From positions 21,485,867 through 21,549,866 of the forward strand of contig OZ316894.1 in assembly GCA_973895155.1 (NCBI GenBank): a DNA stretch of 64,000 nucleotides, in the 5' to 3' direction. A model generated the notes under the pieces. The model saw nothing but the letters and a program-made list of their open reading frames with translations. It made no database searches and was not told the origin of the DNA. This stretch comes from Marsupella aquatica. Lineage: Eukaryota; Plantae; Marchantiophyta. The translations under genes and the position numbers were made by a program. Positions 36,325 through 50,102 of the stretch are shown here, one piece after another (position 1 is the first letter of the stretch; the number at the start of each line of letters is the position of its first letter).

Positions 36325-39191
36325 ATATCGCGATGGACCACCTCCCGACTAGGGTACGTCTCTGTGTCACCTTTCAACCCCCTCCCATGGCAATTTGAAG
36401 AATTTCGTGGTCAGTTTTCTGGTCAGTTTCTTTGTCGCCGACAGAGGAGTGTTGCTGTTTCGGTAGGTTGTGTCAAGCCATCCTCTTAGTATGTTTCTTT
36501 TGCACAGATGAATGCTTTCGTCGTTGGTGTTTATAGTCTAGGGTATAGAACGGAGTACAAATTTGGTTATTACGTGAAAAGCAATTGCTAGAGGCTTAAC
36601 CCCAATGCCGTGTGGCGAGTGGATTTGATTCTCTCTGATTGGGGAATTCTTCATTTCTACTTCAAATTGTTCTTCTCTGGAAATTGAATATTGTATCTAA
36701 GAGTCTTAATTGCAATGTCGTGTGGTTTTGCGACTGGGTTTGATCCCATCTGATCGTGGAGTTTTTCCTGTAAACGTCAAATTGTTCCTCTGCCTAAAAA
36801 TCCTATTGTATCTTGCAATTTTTATGTCGCTGTAGTTGTAGTTCTCTGGATCGGAGGCTCTCCCCTTCTTGTCGCCATTTTAGTACTATGGTACTTCATG
36901 ATGCCGAAGCACTGCTGTTCTGATTTGTCTTTGTCAGCGGATATTTTAGTGGCCAGTCTCAAGTTTTAGGTATTGTCGTCCTCCGTTGAAGACTTTTCGC
37001 AACACCTAGTTGTAAGAACAGAGGATCTGTCACTTCGCTGGTCAAGAGGAGAAAGGATCAGTTATTCAAGTTTTGCATGGACATCTCTCCTGGAATTTGG
37101 GGTTTTCTTGGCCGTTTCGTTCCTCTTTCTCCGGCACTGATGTAGTCATCTCTTGTATACTCCTGGGAGCTTTTGCTGAACGTTTGTTGTCCACGCAGGG
37201 TGACCTTTCAACATGTACATGCGAAGCCACTTTCCTACATAATGCAAAAAGAGCATATGCCCGTAGAAAGGGGTTGATGCAGCTCTGGGACTTCGGTACT
37301 ACTCAAATAATAGCGTATGTTTGTCAAATTTGTCTATAAAGCTTTTTCACAAGCTGTCACTCAGCTCTGGTGAAACTTTTGTACTTCTGTTGAAGTCGTT
37401 TTGAGCATTTATTTTTGCCGGAGTTTTCATTCGGCGTTGAAACTGGTCCAATCGCCATCTCTACAGCTACAATGTCGAGGACTGCTCCCCAGAAGACAGT
37501 TCATGCGAAATCATTCTGCTTTTATTGTGATTGTTTGGAGACAGACTGCCCAGTGACCTTATACACTCTTGGTGGAGCCTCCAACCATATGGAACTTGTA
37601 CACTCTTGGTTGAGTCCCCAACCATATGCACTTACGTCTTTCCAGATGATGACAAGATTGTTTGTGAGATCTCCTGCCTGGAACCAAATTTTGTTACTGT
37701 TTAAGATGTCATTGTGTACACGGAATAGCTTGAGCAACAGAGAATCGGAACAAGCTATCAGTTTGGATAGCGAGGGAGATTTGTATTTCACACGTCAGTT
37801 GATTGACATTATCGAATTAACACAGCGCTAGACATGGTGGTCCCTCAATCTATCTCTACAAGCCAAGGACGTCACTGCCACTTTTGAACCAACAAACTAA
37901 AGCTCTGTGGATAGGGTCATCAACCATAACTCCGAACATCACATGAATCGCTGTGAATAAGGGAAATTGTGAAGGAACAACTACTGCTCTACCACGCATG
38001 ATGTCACGCTTTAGTCCATGACACATTAGCCCAAGAGATGACTCCGAAGTGACAAATACTCACAATCGAGTGAGTGAAAACAATGGACGCAGTGGCATGA
38101 TAGTAGGTCGTTTAATTGTCCCCACTGATTAAAGGTTGATGAGGCATCCGTGTGTGTACTACTTCGTAGTTGACCACTCGCGATATGATATGAAGCGGCA
38201 GGCAGCTTTCCTTTTGAGCCTTCTGCAGGATGTCCTTGGCCAAAAGCTTGTCACCCCTTTGATACACCTTCTGAAGAATGCCCATCAAGCTTTGTAGTTC
38301 TAAATCGATTTTCTTTCTAGCATGTCAACTCACACTATTCTAGATCACCATGCTAGACCACCTTGCCGAAAAGAAGGTTCCTTGACTTTTGCTCTAAAAT
38401 ATCAATCAATCCTCCAGGTTTGATTTGACACATCACAGGCTTGAAAGGCCCAGTTTCCAGACAGACGTCACCGATGTCAGTGCCCTCACAGGTGGATCCA
38501 ACTCCGATCGCTCGTGCTTCCCGGAAATTAATATTGAATCTCCATGAGCATTCCTTGGGACAAAGGCATTGTTTGATGGTCCAAACGATGCCGCTCAACT
38601 CTGATGATTTCTCTAAAATGCATCCCGACGTTTGCTAAACCTCTTGTCGCCATTTCTCTGGAGCCTACGCTGAAAGGCACGTAATCATGACTCAAATTCA
38701 TAATCAAAACGATCTGAAGTACCACTGAAAGTAGCTCCTCATATCCTCCACTTTTACACCACCAATCCAGGTCATTACGCTTTCCCGACTCATTTGTCCT
38801 CTGTTCGAAGGCAAATCTGCTCTTCCTGATCCGTTCTTCTCTTATGGACCTCATCTCACATCCATTCCATCTGTCGAGTAGGTTACTTCTTGTCAGAAAG
38901 GCTTTGTATCCTCCTGTTTTATGTGAATACTCTCGGAGACAGGATCAAAACATGAACCCACAATACCAGCTGAAAACAGTGCCCAGTGCAAAGCCCCGAG
39001 TCGTGAGATATTTCAGCAAACAAATGGATGAAATGCACTGATTCGATAGTCGGTCTCCTCTCATCAAATCAGTACTGTTTGTGATTTCATGTCACTAATA
39101 GGTTCTCCACTCAACCCATTTGGCACGAATTGGTTATCCCTCAAGCGACAGTGGCGGAGCGCGCTTTTCTTTATGAGCTCAATATTAATCC

Positions 39192-42100
39192 TTACTTGCA
39201 ACGGAAGGTGCAAAGATGGCTCCCAAACTCGGAGATAATATCTACCAAGCCGCCATACCCTGCTACCGCAGTGGTCTGTACACACAATGGCAAGGTCAAC
39301 ATGGTATAGAAGTTGTCAGCCAACAGCCAGACGTCTTCTAGTCATGACAAAACGAGCAAATACCATTCGTCAATAAGAATTGCATCCACTACAAAATAGG
39401 AGAGAGACGGATCTCACCCCTGATGAATGAACTGATACAGAAAAGGATGAGGGAGGAGCACATTTCACTTGCGAAAGCATACTCCCTCCAAAACTCCAAC
39501 GAGACAGATGTGGCTGAGCTCCCACAGCCACGATCTGCGCGATTCATACTCAACTTTATTAGCGGAATTTCAACCCGGATGGGCCTTTATCACATCAACG
39601 ATCACACATGGAATATCATCAATGACTTAGGCTGCTTTATCGGCTCAAGTAGAGCAATCCGAGGAAATAAGAAGAAAACAACAGACCTCATCATCTGTAA
39701 CAGTGACTGCTTGCGGAGGAGAAAAAGTTGCGATCCGAGTTACAGCATCGAGCCCAGGTAGACTCCATAATGTCACACAGCATCCCCCACTACCACAAAC
39801 CTAGAACATCCAACAGGAGGACATTAGTCGAATATCCTGGAGGCTCTGGGCATTACCCTGCGGAATGCCTGTCCGTTTGCACTCAAGACTGTGAGCAAAC
39901 TTAGGTTTACGAGTTTTAATCTCGACTGTCTCAACACTCAGATTGCAGCAAACTCGAGATAGAAAGAAGGCCCACCTAGAGCAAGTCCAGAAGCAGCACA
40001 AATACAGACATTTACTCACCAGCCAGTTTTCACTTGCATCCAAAGCCATACAGCTAACCCAAGGAGACCGTTCCTTAGAGCGCTTTGCCAGCTTCGTGGC
40101 TTTCCAAGGATCGAGATCTGCAATTCGCTCACCAGATCTGCAGTCTACATGGAAAAGATAAAACCATATAATCGGTAAACGGATTGGCGGCCATGAAAAA
40201 CTATTGAAAACACCTCCATATTCCTTGCAGCCTCTTTAGTCCAATTAGAGCACAATGTAGGAGTACGCCCGGTAGCTGTGAATCACTTAAAGTATGCTGC
40301 AAGATTACAATTGACGCCATAAAGGAGTAACATAGTCAAATCAGCGGAGTATGACGGCATTGGTTGGAGAACAATAACTTCTCAATCACACTGAGTATGG
40401 TGGTGACACATATTAACTCTGGACAATTCATTTTATGGCTATAAGCTGATATAAGGACACACTGCCAATCACATGAGGACAAGAAGCCCTGAAAAAGAGA
40501 TCAAACACTGCTTAACTCTATGCCGACCAAGAACAACAATCAGCAGAGCGACATTTCCAAACAAGACTGTGTATTAAAAGAGAATGCGCCAGCCACATAG
40601 GTGCTATGGTAGATACCCCAGATGATGGCAGTTCCATCCTCGGAACCTGTGATGACCTGCAGCATCAAATTGCCAGGTTAAAAAAACTTCAACTAGCATT
40701 TCCCGACATGCTCACAGCAACAAAAAGAGGGAATTCCCTCCACAAGAAGCAAAACGTGGAATTTATTGAGAAGAAAATACTGCGGTAAAGGCGAATTCTG
40801 CAATTTCTGAGACTGTACCTGGTCCTGAGAAGGCCTTGATGCGATGCAGTGCAAATAATCAGAGTGCCCTTCAAATACCATCACTGACTGCCTAGTTTCC
40901 TGCACAAAAAGAACATCCAACCTGCTGACCAATGCACAAAGGGTTTTAAGGAATTTCGCCTCGATGGTTTCACAACCGCATGTAGACACATTAAAGTGCA
41001 TGAACCTAAAAACAATTGCGCACAACTCATGAGACTTGGCCCAGTCCTCCCGGCATATCAGGGCAAGCGTACCAGTGTATTGTGTGCGGATGCCTCAGTA
41101 TTAGACTCTACTCTGCTCTACTCTACTAGACAGGTCCTTAGTTTCTTCCACAGCCTTCTGTAGCTGCGTTGCAATTGAAAAATTTGAAGTCATGACTGAG
41201 ATTGCTGGGCTCACCATATCCCAAGCATATGCACAACCGTCACCAGCAGCTGAATACAGTCGATTCGCCTGCCATCATCGACGATCTTGTCATAAATTAA
41301 TTAGCTACGCTAGACTATCTTGGCCGAGTGTTCCATATTGTCATAGCACCGTACTCAAGCTGAACTATTTAGTCATCAACGAGGGCGACGAGTTGCTGAC
41401 CTGCACATCTGCTGCTAGGGCATTGGTTTCTGGGATTGGAGACAGAGCACTTCGAGGACCCCTGTATCACCAACAAAAAGTTTAACTCAACACGAGCTAT
41501 ATACGTAACTACCGACAGCTCTTGAATGATATCATTTTTTCAGATTTATGGAGAGATTCCTTGAGAGGAGGAGAGAAATACTGGGATTGGACACTGCAGC
41601 ACATCATTACAACTACATTCATCTTCTTTTACTGACAAGATATATAGACATCAGGATATTAACGGTCATCTACAAAGAAAAGGACTCAATGAATATAAAA
41701 TTTTGAATTGAAATAAGAACGTTTAATAGCAACAAACGACTGGGCTGAACAATTACCAAACAGATAAGTAGGCAAACACAAAAATGAGAGCCAGAAAGTT
41801 AGAAAAATTACTCTTGCTGTGGATTCTTCAGATCCAGGATTGGTTGCCCTAAGTTACAACAATAACAACAACAGTCAGAACCAACAAACTACAGTAGTTC
41901 AGAAGTACTTCTCTTGCTCAGCTAAGAAGTGAACTAAATCTATGAGGAAGGGTGGTAGCCAGCGAGATACTTCTAAATTAAGAATTACTTGTTATTCCAC
42001 GAGTTCCAGATCAGCAAGAGAGTTCTAAATGTACGTACCAGATGTCGCACCAGACTGCAGATTTTCCAGCACTTGCTGCCAATTCCAACCTTGAATACGG

Positions 42101-44007
42101 CCATCATCGCCACAACTGTGAACAGGTAATGCCACGATAATTCATTCCAAGACAGTCCGTGGTGCATCTTTACTGGCATGAAACATATGTCAGCAATAGT
42201 CATCGTTGTTTGTAAGATGTGCTCAAACAATTCAGTGTGGAACATGAAAAAGATCGTGTTCAGGTAAAGTCCACGTGCCATAATCACCTCAAAAGTAACA
42301 TATTTTCACCCTCTCCATAGAAAAGTAGATCGTACGCAGGGCCATCATGCTTCCCAAGATCTATAAGAGGCTCTGCCAAAACTGGACTGCCATCGATCGG
42401 AAGCAACTGTTAGCTCAAAAACTAAACAGCTGGGCCCACATAAAACCTTTCCGGCTGAAAAATATCAGCAAGTCAGGTCCGATAGCTGCACCAATGATAA
42501 GGATGAGGAATCCACACATACAGCCTACAGCCTACAGCCTCCAGGATTTACTTTGGGAATACACTCACAAGCACAGGCGTGAGAGACTTCACCTTTTCAG
42601 ATCGCTCTCCTCCACTTTCATAATCTGCCAAATCGAAGAAGGGCATCAGACTTGATTGACTAATCTAAGCACTCAAGTCAATATGGCATGTGCCTGCTTA
42701 GAAACCGTCTTTGAGAGTTTCATACTTACTGGACTGGACTTTTGAAAGGAGTAAAAACTTGGGAATTCTCTTAACATTGTTTTCATTCGAGTATAATCAG
42801 AGGCGGTTCACTTTGAATAAGAGGGCAAAACAAGCTTCTGAACGTCGACTGTATAGTTTAGGATATAAGATTCTTTACTGAAGAAAGGTACTGCATGGGC
42901 TGAATTTCTTCCCGACGTATGTACTAACATACTTCTTATCACGATTGATTCTTGCGTTCGTTTCGTTACAACCTCTAAAATCCATTTTAGACAGAAATCC
43001 ACCTGGATGAAGAATGTCTTTTACGGAAGCGTTGTAATGAATCACTATTATCATGGATTGAAATATGTTTACAACAAGTTACCATTTTCTTCTGGAAGTA
43101 CTTCATTTCACCTCGCTTCTACTCAAAAGGAGGTTGCGACCGACGTGAATCCGTGAGTAAACTGAGAAGATGAGTACAAAAGGGAATGTGAAGCTTGCAG
43201 TACATTCCCTCCCATATGCTTCAATGTGACCATTTGTGAAGGCTTACCTCCATTAAATTTCACTAAATTCTTTTCAGGGAGAGCCCCTTTTTTTTTCTTT
43301 CTGAATACAACTGCATGATTTCTTCCATTGCAAAATGTGGACACGCTCAAACCTCAAAGAGAAACTTCCATTATTTGGAACCAAAGACTCCAAGTTTGTT
43401 GGGGTCTCAGTGGGAGTACTACCACTGTTCGCTTTAAGTGGATGGAAAGTCAGCCTTAGCAGGAATCCTGACCATTAACTCAGTTTCTTTGATCGCCATC
43501 ATACCAAACTAGCTACTAGCTCCAATGCCATCCATTTGAAGAGGTTTCAAGAGAAGGAAGCAATTAATACCGACAATACTCTTGAGCGAGAATGCGACAA
43601 AAGAGAACACTGTCCTCGGATAAAAGCTCGTTCACTCAGTTTAAAGATGGTTGTTCCTTCCAATCCTAGTGCTTGCTAGAGACAATTCCAGATGCCGAAC
43701 TGCCAACTAAAGTAGACATTAAAATAATTCCATCGGAAATTGAAGACTCTCAACCTGACGAATTTTTTCCAAGAGAGCACGCGACCCGAGTAGCGACTAT
43801 CTTACATACCGGAGAGGAGACGGGAGGCACAATGGAGTAGACCGCCACCCGGCCATTGCTTGTGGCCGTGGCGACCATTTCCGGAATTCGAGAAGTGCCG
43901 TGAGTCGGAGCGAAACGTGCTGAGAAAACAGTTCTCGCCCTCGCAGTCCTCTCCGCTGTCATGGCAGCCTTGTACTCGGCTTCCCTCCAGTCTCTGCAAT
44001 CCCCCAT
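39192..44007 (-). CDS. THO6: THO complex subunit 6 (WD40 protein, DWA1-like), ~12 exons
   Basis: Exon peptides read in order: MGDCRDWREAEY..RTVF (44007-43810), AEPLIDLGKHDGPAYDLLFYGE (~42406-42288), CGDDGRIQGWNW, PILDLKNPQQ, GPRSALSPIPETNAL, LYSAAGDGCAYAWDM, FEGHSDYLHCI, ITGSEDGTAIIW, SCMALDASENWL, VCGSGGCCVTLWSLP, IVAVGAQPHLSRW, AGYGGLVDIISEFGSHLCTFRCK* (stop 39192-39194). The order matches plant THO6. Confidence 0.93.
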
Positions 44008-44044
44008 AGCTCCGCACACAAAAACAACACCTCAAAGCATAACA

Positions 44045-44046
<2 letters not shown>

Positions 44047-44092
<46 letters not shown>
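44047..44092. repeat. (GA)n/(CT)n microsatellite in the putative 5' UTR of THO6
   Basis: Perfect GA run about 40 nt upstream of the THO6 ATG. Confidence 0.95.
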
Positions 44093-44095
<3 letters not shown>

Positions 44096-45139
44096 AACCC
44101 TCAAGGCTCAATTTTCTGGGGCGAATTCACCACAAGTCGAGATGACAAGAAGTGGTTCACGAAGCTCGCTGGTAAATAACGGCAGAGGGTGATATCATCT
44201 TTGCATTGCACGAAGATGGAAGCACTTCCAAGAACTGAAATCAGTAAATCTCTCGTTCGGCAATGGAGGGCTCTTCTTCCTCGTTGAACAACAGGAGTTC
44301 CTCTTTCCTTCTGCTTTCTCGTGTAATGTAAAGTGGTAAACCCTGCAAAACCCTATATGGTTTGATTGGGTTATTTGCCTCAGTGATCATATCTCCCTTT
44401 TGTTTTTTTGGCAGTTTGGAATATATGGTTATCCCAAAGACTAAGTGCACTTTTCTACTGGGAGTGTATTATTTTGCATCTATTCCAGAAACTGAATTTT
44501 GCAGCAAAAAGCACTAAGTGCACTTTTCTCCTGGGAGTGTGTTATTTTTGCATCTTGTCCCGAAACTGAATTTTGGAACAAAAGCTTGAAAAAAACCTGG
44601 GATAGGAAGAGGAGTTTGACAAGGTGCTGACAACTCCAATGGACACAAAGCAAGCATATATTATATATCTATCAGCCAAAGAAAACAAGAGCCAAACCTG
44701 GAGCCATGATCCCAAAGCCTGGATAGACACCGAGGTCTGACAAGTTGCTTGCATGGACTCACAAAACCCTGATAGATACAAATCACACATATTATCTTAT
44801 ATCTTATTTATATAGTGCGAACCCCAAGCTAGAATTGGGTCTAGGCTTCTAGAGTGAAGACTCTAGATAGTGGAAAGACTCATGGGTATGATGTATGTCA
44901 ACTGATGATCATGCATGCTTTTTGTCATGATTTCTATTTTCATTAAAACAATGAGCATTCAGGCTGGTATGGTCATAATGCTAAAGACCAAAAAACACAT
45001 TATGAGAGTGAAAGAGTATCCAACAAGGGAAAAAGGAAAACCAAAGAGCAACAAAGCCTAAGAGTGTTGGTTAAAATTTTCACTCCTTCCATTTGTGCTA
45101 GTGTCAGTTAAACTTTTTTAAGGGTAGCAACCACTGTTG

Positions 45140-46650
45140 GACACCTATACCAGCCAGTAAAGGTATGATAATGGACACCTCTGACTGGCAAGATATGGTA
45201 TTGGATTGGTATATAGGGTCCCCAAATACAGACCAACTATCAAGGAATATTGAAAATTTCTCAGATTGTAGACCAAGTATGGGTAATTCAGACCAAACTA
45301 TAGAGATTTGGGCAGCTATACTACGGTAGTAATGGTATAATTGGGAAAGGTATATTACATTAAAACTCAGAGCATCTCATCTCTACTTAGTGGTAGGGTC
45401 AAATCGAGGGTGAAATGAGCTGTAACCTCTAAAAAGAGCATGGGTTTTCAAGGGATGGTTTCTGAGCGGTGGTGTCTATCCCTAAATACAAGGCTACCAA
45501 TACATGCTCCTTATTTGGTAGAAGTTGAAGCCAGGCGAGAGACCTCTATCCTAACCTCTATCCCCGTCTATGTCAGAGATTCACAAGGAACTTAGCCTTA
45601 TCTAGTCCCACGTACTTAATAATGTCTAGCAATTCTTTTGTACATGGGATCAGGTATTGTGCATACTAAAGGTTTTGTTTGGCAAAAATTTGCCAAATCC
45701 TGCCTCAATATTGCCTCATGCGAGTTATTTTGATAACGAAAGTTTGTTATAAAAATTTTAAGCATTTGCCAAATTCGGAGGAGACAAGATCTGCACTAAG
45801 GATCGGAGGAGGCCAAGTAGTGGACCTTAATGGCTAGCCATTTCCTCCTAAGACACTTAATGCCTGAAGCCCATTGTACTTTCACAGTGCTATACATCCT
45901 TACCTCCTCCTCATATACCTGTGTACTATGTACCTCCTTACCATAGTACCTCCTTAGTTACCATATGGTCTCCCTCCTCCAGTCATACTTGCCTCCTCTT
46001 CTAATTTTTCAGAATTTTTTACTCTTGTTCACTTACTCTCAAAATGGTAAACGGTTTCCCCAAACCCATTTAGAATTTGCCATTTGACTACAGTTTCCTG
46101 CATTGCAAGCCTGGAGTTAGGGCTTCGAATCTTGCCCAACACAGATGCGGCCAAGACTGTTCAAATTTAAAGGAGTAGCCTCCGAGCCTCTCACTAAAGT
46201 TTTTAAAGGCCTGAACTGTCTTCACATAGACATTGTTGGTCTTTACATAGACATTGTTGTAGTGTGTATGAGATATCATGATTTTGTGTGTTGTTTGCAC
46301 CATCAAGTTGCATTTGAAGTGTTGGAGTTTAGCAACAGAGTGTGCTTATGTCTGTCTAGTCTTTGCAAAACACCAAAGTGTCTTTACACACACTTTGTTG
46401 TGGTCTATATCAATGTTGGGTGTGCATAAGGTTTCCTTATACCAGCCATGTAAAGGTATAGTGGACATCTCTGGCTGACAAGGTATGGTATTGAACTAGT
46501 ATATAAGATCCCCAAAAAATTTCAAAAAATAGAGGTATACTAAAAAAACAATTCTCACACTATAGACCGGACATCGGTATAGAGGTTAGGGCAGGTTATA
46601 CCCTTATAGTAAGGGTAACTATAGGTAAAGGGATAGTAAATTAAAACTCT
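45140..46650. repeat. Dispersed degenerate direct repeat (~45144-45370 vs ~46435-46650), probable TE relic
   Basis: Shared blocks ataccagcca.gtaaaggtat..tggaca.ctct..ctg.caag.tatggtattg and attaaaactc. Confidence 0.5.
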
Positions 46651-49600
46651 GTCATCAGAGCAATTTTCTACCCAAAATTTCAACACTAACTCCAATTGTA
46701 TCTTATGAAGAAAAATCATAGTCTTTTAACTTGCGCAATTTGCATATAACAAACTTGGTGATACATATGTCTCCAACAAAACAATATTAAATGCTACAAT
46801 CAAGGCTCCTCCTCCACCAATCTTGTATCAACCAACTCATCCTTGGCGGCGTCAATGATATTGCCTTCAGTAGTGAGCAAACGTTCTAGCCAAAAAGACA
46901 AGCAAAAAATAGGTAGAAACTCAAGTATAGCTTGAGGAAACGAGGAGACATTCTACCAGAAAACAAGTCAATTTACGAGGATAAATCAGGCAAAAACAAG
47001 CAGACATTCTAGCAAGAACTTATAGCTGAAAAACAAGTAATGGACAAAAATTAAAACTGGGCAGAAACTTGTAGCCCAAAATTTAGCCAAAACCATACCT
47101 TTTCAAGGTTCACTAGGTGCAAGTGATCAACATGCTAGCAGCCCATAGAAAAAAACATGCATGTTGCCAGTCCTCCCTTGCCAATTCAAATTGATTTTTG
47201 CAAGACCATATATACATTTGAGAAATTTGCTTATCCTTCACACTCCAGTTCAAGCATATCTAATCAAAGCAAGCTATGGAGTTGTCACCAGAGTTGGCTT
47301 GATCTCTCACGTGAGAAAGCTACCAGTCCCACTATGTTGCAACCATGTCAGGTATTCTTCACATATATCAGGTATCAGTCAAAGATATCAGTGATTACAA
47401 ATAGGATTGAAAGTGACTCAACAAGGTTGCTGAGTTGTGGACTTAGAGTATTAAAGCCAACATTATTGGAAGGACTCGGTGATGGGCTTGACGAGGGTTG
47501 CCAAATGTTGCCCAAAGTGACTCAATGATGTTGCTGAAGTGACTCAGCAACCTCATTGAGTTATGGATTTAGAGTATTGAAGTAGTTGCCAAAGGGACTC
47601 AACGAGGCCGCTGAAGGGATGTATGCGCTTGGCGAGGACGCTGAGCTAGACTGATATCAGTGACTGATTACTGATATGGTTACAAACCTCACTAAAAGTG
47701 CACTTTTGTACATGTTCCAAGCTAGCCAATGGAAGGATCGCCCCCCTACACCATTCTCAAACCCTTACACCTATACCATATTAGATTTTGTCCTTTTGTA
47801 ATAGAGTGATAGAGATAGGCGCCTACCCGATTCCTTCCCCAAACCCTTACACCTACTTTTCTTAATTTTATAAACCAATATTTGGCCTATACCTCCCTCT
47901 ATACATGGGAGGTATAGGTAGTAATACAAGTATAGCAGAATCTATCCCTGTCAGGTCAGGTCAGGTATAGATATGGATATAGGAAGAGACAATTCGTGCT
48001 AGTTAATTAAGGTATTGTATAAGGTATAGCCAAACTCAATACCTGTCAGGTTAGGTATTGATATACCTTGCCACAATGCTATACCCGCCCAACACTGGTC
48101 GATGTGTTGTCAATGTTGTTTGCAGGTTGTTCAAAATCAATGTTGGAGTTTAACATCATATTGAGCTTCTGCCTATCTAGTCTTTGCAGCACAATGTGCT
48201 TCTATTAAGTTGCAGTTTTTGAGAGCGAGGCTATTTTTACTTCGTTGCATCGTGATGTAGCCAAGCCAAGATTGAGGAGCTCATAACATCCCCACATGCT
48301 TACTTTTATCATTTGCCCAAGCGCCATGTTGAGTTTGCTTGATCATCCCATATTCTAGAGACTTGTGGGATTAAGCTAGTGAAGAACATGAAGACTAGAT
48401 CAATGGATCTGGATTCCCCACTTGATTCTACAACCCATGACTTGAGGAGTCCTGCAGGAGTACGAGACTCTCATTGTGAAAATGAGCATGGAAGGCTCCA
48501 CTAGTGCTGCAACTCAATTGAACTTGAGTCTGTTGCTTGATTTGCAAAGGTCAAATAGTAAGCATTGCTCATCCGCTCATCCACACTACATTCCACTTCT
48601 TTGCCCAGTACATACGGGAGCCCATAAGGATTTGAAGTTTCTACATGATGCGCATCGATCATTCTCCATGAGATTCTCCACAACAATTACTTTGTCCTTT
48701 ATATGCCTTTGCTTAAATGAATTAACTCATTAGCAGGAACCGAAAGCCCGCCACGAAGGGTCATGAGGGGGAAACAAAAGATTCCATGTACACCATTTGA
48801 GTTGTGCCTCCAGTTATATCTTGTGGCCAAAACTACTAGCTAGGAGCCGTGAGGTCGAAGGTTCCAATAGTAACTTATAACTTCCGGATTTTGTGCAATA
48901 CAAGAAGTTAATAACCCTCTGACTTGAGACAAGGAAATCATGAGGGAACATGGGTTTTCACTAACGGTTTCAAATGTAGAGACAACTTGTATTCATTGTG
49001 TCCAACTTCCCTCTATTGTTCCACAGTGGCCAAAATCATGTAACCATGTAACTATTAGTTTCTGCATAGTTATTAACAGGCAGTTTGGGTACAATACCTT
49101 CAATAAGGTAATCCTAGTTGGCATCCTCATTGGCATCCTCATTGGCATCCTTACCTGCTAATTGTTTGCATGGTCGTGAAAAGAATGAGTAGGGAGCTTG
49201 CTGAGTGGTCTCAAAGTCCATAATGCACCACTCTCTTCAACTCAATTCTAGGTAACTCTAGATTTTTTGAGAATAATTGGAAAAGGATCTCGGGAATTTG
49301 TCTAAAAACATGATTTGTATCTTCATAATAATATCATTTTCTTCACATATCTAGTAGCAGTGTAATATTCCTTTCAGCCTTTGTGACCTAACTCCCTCTG
49401 TGACCTAACTCCCTCGGTCTGCGACTGGTATATATTGTAGTTGATTTCAATTATCTACTTAATATACACTATGTGAGGAAAAAGGACAGCTTTTGCTGTC
49501 CATCCAAATTGCAAAAGTATATCCCAACATTGTGGAAAACGTGGACGTTCATAATGGCTTCAATTTCACCTGTTTTGCTGTCCATGCTGTCCATCCAAAC

Positions 49601-50102
49601 TGCAAAAGCATTTGGAAAACGTGGAGCTCCATCCTGGCTTCAGTTTCACCTTGGCCTGCTTTTCTCTAAGTAAAGGTATGCAAATCTACAAGGTTTCCTG
49701 CAGATTTCCTAGAATCCGAGTGAAGCCCCTTCGATTTGGAAAGATTTCTTCCGATTCACAAACTGAAATTTCGGGCTCATTGGTGCTGAGCTGATTTTGC
49801 TCACTGTGAAATAGATCGAAGAGTGGAGCTCGAAGAGTGAGAGACTCGGAAGTTCCTGAGGGTGGATCTTCTCGAGCTGAGCAGAGAGGGATAGAAGAAA
49901 CGAAAGAGCAACTGTGCGACATTGAGCTACTCTGAGCTCCACCAGTGCTGTTTGGCTCTGAGTTTGGATTCAGTGTGACAGAGAGAGAAAGAGACTTAAA
50001 AGGGAAGGCGGGGCAGTGAGAGAGAGTGAGAGATTGAGCTCAAAAGAGGGTGTTGAATTGCAGGGTAAGGAGGGTTCTGGGTTGGTGGGGAACTAGACCA
50101 AA

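Noticed and set aside
43802-44104. ORF with an SLSLSL run
   Set aside because: Translation of the (CT)n microsatellite in the THO6 5' region.
44200-49500. Short ORFs in the AT-rich THO6-SDR intergenic region
   Set aside because: No recognisable domains; consistent with degraded repeats.
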